DNA from: an uncultured Nitrososphaerota archaeon
GTDB lineage: Archaea > Thermoproteota > Nitrososphaeria > Nitrososphaerales > Gagatemarchaeaceae
Assembly: GCA_963838925.1 (NCBI GenBank)
Contig: CAWISW010000003.1
Coordinates: 320,001 to 384,000, forward strand
Length of the DNA: 64,000 nt
Direction of reading: 5' to 3'
Part shown: positions 57,518 through 64,000 of the stretch, in pieces
Position numbering within the stretch: position 1 is the stretch's first letter
How the letters are laid out: each line of letters begins with the position of its first letter
Position numbers and translations under genes: made by a program
The notes under the pieces: generated by a model
Databases searched by the model: none
Told to the model about the DNA's origin: nothing
Seen by the model: the letters and a program-made list of their open reading frames with translations, nothing else

Positions 57518-58743
57518 CACCTCGAGCTCTCCCAGAACGTCCGGCCTTTTTCGGTCAGGGAGAGCCCGTGGATTGTCCGACCCGACCTCTCCTGCGGCGT
57601 TACCGCGATGTATCCCTCGGCCTGGAGCCTGTCGAATGTCCTCTCGAGGAGATCCTTGTCGAACTCAGAGGAGAGAAACGAAATCAGCGAAGTCCGGGTG
57701 GCGCCCTCGTAGCCCGCGACCTCCTCGAGTATCCGCTTGGCGAGCTCCTCGCCGGCGGTCGGGACGAGAGAGGCGCCCGTCTTGGCCTCTCCCTTCCTCC
57801 CCTCGAACTCCCTCGGGACGAAGACCTCGCTCGAACCGTAGGATGGGTTCTGGAACATGAACATGTTCGGGGTGAGGACGAGGCCGCCCCTGCCTGACTC
57901 GTTCCACGCGGCGCTGGAATGTATCCTGACCGAGCAGGTGTCCATGTAGCCCTTGTCGAGACCGTAGGCCGCGTCAGAGGCTAGGACCTTGGGCAGGGGC
58001 GCCGAGACGAACGAGGTGAGGAACCGCGGGTTCCTCCGGAAGACCGGGCGCTCCTTGAACAGGCGGTTCGCCTCTGTCATGATGATGACGTCAGGCCCGT
58101 GAACCTCTTCTCTGCCGCCCAGCATCGCTAGGAGCTTTGCGAGGAACAGGGCCACGGCCGTCTCCGCGGCCTCAGGCGACCCGGCATTCCTAAAGTTCAA
58201 GACCGCGCTCTTCCCCATAATCTGCCTGACCACATCTTTCTCCCCGACTAGGTTGAGAGACCGGAGAGCCTCCAGCCTGACGCGCAGCCTATCGACGGCG
58301 CGCCCCTTCGCAGAATCTGGGGACTGTATCAGGTCGGCCAGAGACGATGGGCTGGCGACGCCCCGCTCGTTGGCGATGATCTGGGCGATTGCGTTCAGGC
58401 TGGCCTCTTGCTCGAAAGACAGTTCGAGGGAGGTGGAATAGGCGCCGGACAAGAGCTGCGCGTGGACGATGGGGTTGTCCTCGATCCTGATTGAGTCGTA
58501 GAGGAAGTAGGAGACGTCGTACTCGTCGATGTATCCGGAAAGCGAGTCTGAGACGCTGCCGTCCATATCGAGGAGGAGAGACTTCAACCCCGCTTGGTGG
58601 CACGCGTAGGCGACCAGAGGGGCGAGGCGGTTCGCGCCCTGGCCGAGCATCGCGATTCCCCCCTTCAGGTCGTCGAGCTTCACCTCAAACCTCCCGCCCA
58701 ACCGCGTGAACCCCAACCAGACCGAGCTTGTTGCCGAACTCAT
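57517..58743 (-). CDS. HerA/VirB4-like protein with degenerate Walker motifs and C-terminal wHTH
   Basis: VWLG..., IAMLGQGANR (Walker A position), LLLDMDGS, VIIMTEANRL (Walker B position), LQAEGYI...LSLTEKG. Confidence 0.65.
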   Translation of the reverse strand: MSSATSSVWLGFTRLGGRFEVKLDDLKGGIAMLGQGANRLAPLVAYACHQAGLKSLLLDMDGSVSDSLSGYIDEYDVSYFLYDSIRIEDNPIVHAQLLSGAYSTSLELSFEQEASLNAIAQIIANERGVASPSSLADLIQSPDSAKGRAVDRLRVRLEALRSLNLVGEKDVVRQIMGKSAVLNFRNAGSPEAAETAVALFLAKLLAMLGGREEVHGPDVIIMTEANRLFKERPVFRRNPRFLTSFVSAPLPKVLASDAAYGLDKGYMDTCSVRIHSSAAWNESGRGGLVLTPNMFMFQNPSYGSSEVFVPREFEGRKGEAKTGASLVPTAGEELAKRILEEVAGYEGATRTSLISFLSSEFDKDLLERTFDRLQAEGYIAVTPQERSGRTIHGLSLTEKGRTFWESSR

Positions 58744-58828
58744 GCGGAGAAAGGACGGAGCGACCTTATAGAGAATTGCTCATCTTAAGCACTCATTTAT
58801 GATGAGTGCAGTCCCGATACCAATATCG

Positions 58829-58848
58829 GTTCGGACAAACTACTAATA
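58829..58848 (+). promoter_or_regulatory. GTTCGGACAAA-CTACTAATA element
   Basis: Shared motif upstream of ATG 58886. Confidence 0.65.
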
Positions 58849-58885
58849 ACAAACGACCCTCCAGTATTCTGAAGGCGAGAGACGG

Positions 58886-59269
58886 ATGAACTTGTCACGA
58901 TTAGGTCTCGTCCTCATAGCGCTCGGACTGATCTCCCTAGTCCTGTTTTTTGCCACCCCAATCAATCCTAACACCACGCTCGCCGACTTGGGATTGCTGA
59001 GCATCCTCGGCGGCGCGCTCTTCGTTTATCTGGGCTTCCTTCGAAAGCGGACAACTCCTGGCGAGCAAACCAAAGCTCTCGTCATGACGGGATGGAAGAT
59101 CCTCTCGGTTGGGCTGCTGGTTGCCTTGGGCGCGTTCCTGCTGCTGAATCAGACCATGTGCGCGGAGGCCTGCAGTCTAACCGGCTATCTGGTGTATTTC
59201 TATGGAGGGCTCCTAGCAGCTGCAGCCGGGTTCGCCGCAATCATTGTAGGCAGACGTTCGAGAAGGTAG
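58886..59269 (+). CDS. Four-TM membrane protein
   Basis: Two hydrophobic hairpins, CAEAC loop. Confidence 0.75.
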   Translation: MNLSRLGLVLIALGLISLVLFFATPINPNTTLADLGLLSILGGALFVYLGFLRKRTTPGEQTKALVMTGWKILSVGLLVALGAFLLLNQTMCAEACSLTGYLVYFYGGLLAAAAGFAAIIVGRRSRR

Positions 59270-59343
59270 CCTGTGCACAGCCAGACTGCTTACGCCAAAG
59301 CGTGCGACGAGCGCCGTAATGCTTGGGAATGACGGTACCGCGA

Positions 59344-60234
59344 TCACGATTCTAGCGATTTCGGCGGTCGCTGCTGTACGACCGGCCCGTCGGTCTTCTC
59401 AAGGTCATCGAAGAGGTCCAGAAGCATCTTCCCCATCGGCGTCACTTCGTAGAGTCTCACGGTCCCGAAGGCAGCCTGCTCTCTGACGAAGCCGTACTTG
59501 TTGAGAATCTGAACGTGCCTGTCGACGGTCTTCCAGTCGACCCCCAGCTCCTGCGCGAGCTGCAGCCTGTCCTTGGGAGTGCTCAACGTGTTGAGGACCT
59601 TGATCCTCGTGGCTCCCCCCTTCATCTTCATGAAGAGCTCGAAGACGTCAGACCCGAAGCCCATCTCGCTGTACCGTGCCCTCACCCTCCCCCTCCAGAC
59701 CCACATCCCTCCGAGGAGGACCCACGTGACGGGCGCGAGAAGGAGCGAACCGGCCTGCACCTGCCTGAGGAGCGATTCGCTTTCAGTCGTAGGGCCGAGC
59801 GTCGACAAGCTTGCGAGCGCGCCCTGGTTTTGGTTCGTCGTGGTTGAGGCAATCCCGTTTCCGGCCACGAAAGCCATGCCGCCAGACGTCGTGGTTGTTG
59901 CGGCGACAGCGGATGTCGTGACCGTCGTGGTCGTCGCCGTGGTGACAGCGCTTGAGACAGTGTTCGAGGAGGTGGAGCTCTCCGTCGACGACACGGAGGT
60001 AGTCGAGCTCGAGATAGCCGACGAGGAACTCGTATTGACATTGCCATAGGTCTGGGAGCTGTTGCCTGAATTGGGCGATAGTTGCGGGAGGGAGGAGGAG
60101 CTCGATGCCGAGATGGCGGGGCCGAAGCTGCTTGATTGAAGGGCAGAAGTGCCGATAAGGCCCCAACCCGCAAGAGCGGTGGTCGCCACTGCGAAGAAAA
60201 GCAGAGTGGCAAAGGCCACTCTAAACCTGTTCAA
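59344..60234 (-). CDS. Membrane-tethered wHTH (ArsR-like) transcription regulator with extracellular Ser/Thr region
   Basis: N-terminal TM, S/T stalk, second TM, then MKGGATRIKVL...QLAQELGVDWKTVDRHVQIL...LYEVTPMG. Confidence 0.85.
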   Translation of the reverse strand: MNRFRVAFATLLFFAVATTALAGWGLIGTSALQSSSFGPAISASSSSSLPQLSPNSGNSSQTYGNVNTSSSSAISSSTTSVSSTESSTSSNTVSSAVTTATTTTVTTSAVAATTTTSGGMAFVAGNGIASTTTNQNQGALASLSTLGPTTESESLLRQVQAGSLLLAPVTWVLLGGMWVWRGRVRARYSEMGFGSDVFELFMKMKGGATRIKVLNTLSTPKDRLQLAQELGVDWKTVDRHVQILNKYGFVREQAAFGTVRLYEVTPMGKMLLDLFDDLEKTDGPVVQQRPPKSLES

Positions 60235-60270
60235 TCTAACTACAAATCTGCAAAAACAGCATTTTCATCA

Positions 60271-60310
60271 TAAATACTTTTGTCCGAACGTTAGGACAAA
60301 CCCTCATCAA
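60271..60310. promoter_or_regulatory. Back-to-back motif pair TTTGTCCGAAC|GTTAGGACAAA in divergent promoter
   Basis: 22-bp palindrome with one mismatch (60279-60300) flanked by TATTTA on the minus strand. Confidence 0.75.
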
Positions 60311-60321
60311 AGCAGCCGCGT

Positions 60322-61653
60322 TTGAAGTCGACCATGCGCTCCAGAAAAGCACTGATCGCGGTAGTCTTGCTATTGGTCATCGTCCCGGGTGGAGTACTCT
60401 TGGGGCTCACGAGGGCGTCTTCCCCGCAGGCCTCGTCGTTCGGGCCGGCGCTGGCACCTAGCACCCAGAATATCTCTTCGGGCGCGGCTCTGGCGAGTCT
60501 CGGCACGAGCTTTGGGTACGAGGCAGCGGGAGGGATAAGCTCGGTAGGCAACAACATACCGATCTCAGCCGGCGCGACCACGGAGTCGAGCACGGTCATG
60601 ATGACCGCCACGACCACGACCGTCGCGGCGGCCTCGAACGGCGGCACAACCGTGGTGCAAGGAAACACCCAACAAGTGTCCTCCCAAGGGACAGGCGCCC
60701 CTCTCTCCGCAGCGTCGACGGGCACCAACGGAAGCCGTGACATAGAGTTCTTCACGAACGTTACCCTCCAGGCTGGGTCCGCTTCCACAGCCTTCACGAG
60801 GGCCACCGCGATAGCATACTCGGTCGGCGGATACGTCTCCGACTCCACCGAGAGCAACACGACGGCCTTGGTCGTGTTACGGGTTCCAGCCGCGAGCTAT
60901 CAGAGCGCCCTGACGCAGCTCGAAGCCCTAGGTACGCTCGTCACGTTGCGCTCTTCGAGCAACGACGTCACGGTGCAGTATACCGACCTGAACGCCACCC
61001 TCCAGTCGCTGCAGGCGGAGCAGACCTCCCTCCTGAAGATCCTTGGCGAGTCGACCAACATCAACGCGACGCTAAACGTCGAGTCAAGGATACAGACGGT
61101 CGACCAACAGATCAACGCGGTCGAGAGCGAGATCCTCCAGACCCAGACCCTCGTGTCTTACGCCACGATCTCCGTCTTCGTGGAGGAGAAGGTCCAGACC
61201 CAGCCGCTGGCCATCAAGGTGACTGCCACTCCGAAGAGCGGGGAAAGCCCGCTCAGCGTCACGTTCAACGCGGTGACAAAGGGCGGAGTCCAGCCGTACA
61301 TCGTCAACTACAACTTCGGCGACGGCACTTCTTACGAGGGGCAGGCGTTGATACACACTTTCGAGCAAGCCGGGCACTACAACGTCACCGTGACCGCCAC
61401 CGACGCCTCCGCCAATGTCACAGAGGCCTGGACAATCGTCAACGTCTCCTCTCCGCCCGCCACCTCGACCTTCGGCGGTTTTCCTAACTTCGTCGGCGGG
61501 CTCTTCGTCCAGGTGGTAGAGGGGATAGTCGAGGTCGCGGTCGTGGTCGTCCCGATAGCCGCCGCGCTCCTGATCGCGCTCTTCCCTCTGCGGCACAGAC
61601 TGGGCATGTCGTCCCGGCGGCCGCAAAAGGACGAGGGAGGAGAGGCGGCGTGA
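60322..61653 (+). CDS. DUF4349 + PKD domain membrane protein
   Basis: GGYV, LRVPA, DVT.QYTDL.A.L, VSYATI; PLSVTF...NFGDG...HTF..AG.YNVTVT; C-terminal TM. Confidence 0.88.
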   Translation: MKSTMRSRKALIAVVLLLVIVPGGVLLGLTRASSPQASSFGPALAPSTQNISSGAALASLGTSFGYEAAGGISSVGNNIPISAGATTESSTVMMTATTTTVAAASNGGTTVVQGNTQQVSSQGTGAPLSAASTGTNGSRDIEFFTNVTLQAGSASTAFTRATAIAYSVGGYVSDSTESNTTALVVLRVPAASYQSALTQLEALGTLVTLRSSSNDVTVQYTDLNATLQSLQAEQTSLLKILGESTNINATLNVESRIQTVDQQINAVESEILQTQTLVSYATISVFVEEKVQTQPLAIKVTATPKSGESPLSVTFNAVTKGGVQPYIVNYNFGDGTSYEGQALIHTFEQAGHYNVTVTATDASANVTEAWTIVNVSSPPATSTFGGFPNFVGGLFVQVVEGIVEVAVVVVPIAAALLIALFPLRHRLGMSSRRPQKDEGGEAA

Positions 61654-61770
61654 ATCAGGTTCGAAGGAGAGACAAGCGGATAGCCTTATCTCAGAACGCC
61701 TTGCTAAAGAAACCCAAGAGTTGAGACATTCTCTTCTGAGGAATCGCGTTCTACACTCAATCGTTTCTTC

Positions 61771-62001
61771 GTGGTCACAGCAATCATAGCCGTTCTTTTC
61801 ACGGCGTATGAAATTGTGCTCTCGCCCTATCAGCTCTGCTCTTGTAGCCTCGCATCCCACATGGTTCCATGTTGCCCTGATCGTCCGTCGTGGTACTACC
61901 CGCTTCTGTTCGCGGGCATCAGCATCCTGATCCTGTCACTGATTGGAATTCTGGCTACTCGACGGGTGACGACGGTCGACACCAGTAATTCCCTGTCGTG
62001 A
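61771..62001 (+). CDS. Small Cys-rich membrane protein
   Basis: Two TMs around CSC...CC loop. Confidence 0.5.
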   Translation: MVTAIIAVLFTAYEIVLSPYQLCSCSLASHMVPCCPDRPSWYYPLLFAGISILILSLIGILATRRVTTVDTSNSLS

Positions 62002-62081
62002 GTGAGAAGGACGTAACAACACTGTGGAACTAACCCCCCCCATCGCCCGTCGGCGGGACTACACGCAATTCGATCGAAGTC

Positions 62082-62509
62082 TTAGGCTGTGAATGGTGCG
62101 GTTGTGGATGAAGAGATTGCGTAACCGCTCGCGCTGACAGCAAAGAATGTCGCGGCATACATTCCGGAAGCCAGTCCGAATGTTATCGTGTAGGCCGTCC
62201 CGTTGGCGCCTGCCGCGAGCTGAAGAACGCTCGTCGAGATCTCAACTGTTTGACCAAGGGAGTTATGGACTACCATGAACACGATTCCGGTCACAGTGGC
62301 ATTGATTCCGTTGACATATGAAATAGCGAAAGCGGCGTAGGCGGCAAGTTGGACGTAGGCGGGAGGGCCTGTTTCAAACCAACATCCACCAGCACCACAA
62401 GCAGCGTTGGCGCTCGCTGTCGCAGATTGGAGCGAAGGGAGAAAGAGAAGCAGAATGATGAGGCCGAAAGAACGGGCCCAATCGTGAAGCCGAGAGTCGT
62501 GTCTATCAA
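62082..62509 (-). pseudogene. Secreted protein gene split by a 1-nt frameshift near 62460
   Basis: MIDTTLGFTIGPVLSA (frame 1) continues as LIILLLFLPSL...TGIVFMVVHNSLGQTV...FTA (frame 2, no own start upstream of its signal peptide). Confidence 0.65.
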
Positions 62510-62621
62510 GACGCTTCGGTGGTGATGGTCGGATTTAGTCGTTCTGGAACAACCGTCGGTTCTGTTAACTTAGAGAGTCACGCCTGAGCAAGGTAACAGT
62601 CGGGTCACTCGGAGATAAGAG

Positions 62622-63170
62622 CTAGGTCGTTTGGGTGACAGTTGTTGTCGTGATAGTCGTTTGGCAGCCTGTCGAGGTCGCCGTCGAACCATAGTTCGTT
62701 GACGTTACCGTTGCAGTAGTCGTCACTGTGGCTGCGGCTTGAGTAGTGGAGGATTCCATTTGTGTGACGGTTACTGTGCTCGTGCTACTGCATTCCGTCA
62801 CCACAGTAGTCACCCCCGGGTAGCTGACTGTCCTCGTTACTGTGGCGGTTATCGTCTCCGCACCACCTTGTTGAGAACTCGATCCTTCCGACGACGTTGA
62901 GGAGGTCGGATATGAAATGGGCGTTGTGGTAGTAGATATCCCGTTCGACAGCGTAAACGAGGTTGTCGTGGAGCCCGGAATCGTGGTGTAGGTGCTTATT
63001 CCCGTCTCTGATGTTGTTGAAGTGTTGGTGCCGCCAGAACCTGATGTAACGGTAGTGGTGGAGGATGATGACGAAAAGAGTTCTGCGGCCGCTAGTATGC
63101 CGACAATGACCACTACGATTAGGACTGCAATAACGGCTGGAAGGCCGATAGCCGCTCGCCGAGTCCTCAT
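62622..63170 (-). CDS. Thr-rich secreted protein with class III-like signal peptide
   Basis: MRTRRAAIG + TM; motif promoter TTCGGACAAAGGTATTAA at 63198-63215. Confidence 0.8.
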   Translation of the reverse strand: MRTRRAAIGLPAVIAVLIVVVIVGILAAAELFSSSSSTTTVTSGSGGTNTSTTSETGISTYTTIPGSTTTSFTLSNGISTTTTPISYPTSSTSSEGSSSQQGGAETITATVTRTVSYPGVTTVVTECSSTSTVTVTQMESSTTQAAATVTTTATVTSTNYGSTATSTGCQTTITTTTVTQTT

Positions 63171-63326
63171 GTGCAATTATTCGATTGTCATTCATCATTA
63201 ATACCTTTGTCCGAATGGTACTGAATAGGGCGCATTCGTCGTAGCGGGTGATTGCAGCCCGAAGACTTTCCATAGCCGGTGGCTCCTCGACTTAATTACT
63301 TCGATTCCCCTCTCAGGGAGGCACAG

Positions 63327-63590
63327 TTGAAGAAACGAGAGAGGACTCTCATTCTCATGGAGATACTCTCGATTTTGCGCTCCGGTCCCATGGGGCCGAC
63401 CAGGATCGCCCAGGCAACGGGGCTAAGCTTCGACAAGTTCATGCAGCTGGCGGCGCTGCTCGAGTCGAGGCGCTTCGTTGGAAAGTCCGTCAGGGAAGGG
63501 CAGAACGTCTACGCAATCACGCCGGACGGCAGTCAGCTCCTACAGGAGTGGGAGAAGGTGTGGACCAAGATATCGCCGGACTTATCCTAG
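63327..63590 (+). CDS. Archaeal wHTH transcription regulator (HTH_45-like)
   Basis: KKRER.LI..EIL, PTRI.....LS, Y.ITPDG. Confidence 0.85.
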   Translation: MKKRERTLILMEILSILRSGPMGPTRIAQATGLSFDKFMQLAALLESRRFVGKSVREGQNVYAITPDGSQLLQEWEKVWTKISPDLS

Positions 63591-63646
63591 AGGGGACAGT
63601 CATGTCCTAAAATAACACCGCTGGCTAGAAGATTCTGTGTCTGAAG

Positions 63647-64000
63647 ATGCCGTGGCACAAGAAGGAGATGGCGATTGGCGTCATAATAGGAATCCTGGTG
63701 GCGAGCGCCTTCGCTGCCGCGCTGCTCGTCCCGCGCTCTACGAGTAGTTCCACGTCTAGCTCACAGCAGCAAACAACCGGGACGCTCATCGCAAGCTCAA
63801 GCACACAGACCCAGTCCGCGTGCTCCGAGATTACGCAGGGCAAGCAGTACTTCGTCGCCTGCGGATCGACTACGTACACGAACACGAGCACAAGCAACAC
63901 CTGCACGACCACAGGTCTTGTCCCCGGCACGTGCGCCGAGATTGGGCCGCCTTGCTTCAATGCTCCCGAGAGCTGCGCCACCACCCAGGCGGTGGCATAT
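63647..64000 (+). CDS. Secreted Ser/Thr/Cys-rich protein, partial (runs off window)
   Basis: MPWHKKEMAIGVIIGILVASAFAAALLVP then S/T stalk and Cys. Confidence 0.7.
   Translation, partial: MPWHKKEMAIGVIIGILVASAFAAALLVPRSTSSSTSSSQQQTTGTLIASSSTQTQSACSEITQGKQYFVACGSTTYTNTSTSNTCTTTGLVPGTCAEIGPPCFNAPESCATTQAVAY

Noticed and set aside
58799-58872. Box C/D sRNA (ATGATGA...CTGA)
   Set aside because: No clear C'/D' boxes; the region is explained as a divergent promoter.

Overview
High-GC archaeal chromosome segment, most consistent with a non-ammonia-oxidising Nitrososphaerota (Thaumarchaeota) lineage (inference from archaeal r-proteins, no LX/L20e gene between aIF6 and prefoldin, a DUF5679 gene and a multi-intron tRNA). 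Bases 1-39 kb are mostly housekeeping: PGM/PMM, fumarase-family lyase, nep1-rpp21-rps19e-rpl39e-rpl31e-aIF6-pfdA-ftsY, secE-spt5-rpl11-rpl1-rpl10 with an inverted rpl12, alaS, leuS, alaX, nre/mre11/rad50, RNase P RNA and a tRNA-Gly(TCC) with two BHB introns. From ~40 kb to the end is an accessory region of secreted/membrane Ser/Thr/Cys-rich proteins. The main unexplained structure is two integrase-less gene-cassette arrays. (1) A ~200-nt structured putative ncRNA (42899-43106) has its 3' part repeated 7 more times in direct orientation up to 52396, each interval holding one surface-protein gene (one holds two). (2) The last 42 bp of an Lrp/AsnC gene are re-duplicated twice downstream with only synonymous changes, delimiting a surface-protein cassette and a RelBE cassette. 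Many accessory genes share an upstream GTTCGGACAAA-TATA element. That element also forms a near-palindrome between a membrane-tethered wHTH regulator and a DUF4349-PKD gene. A translationally coupled operon of a catalytically degenerate HerA-like protein, a RadA/RadB paralog and a membrane protein lies beside the arrays. All calls are by eye; no searches were run.
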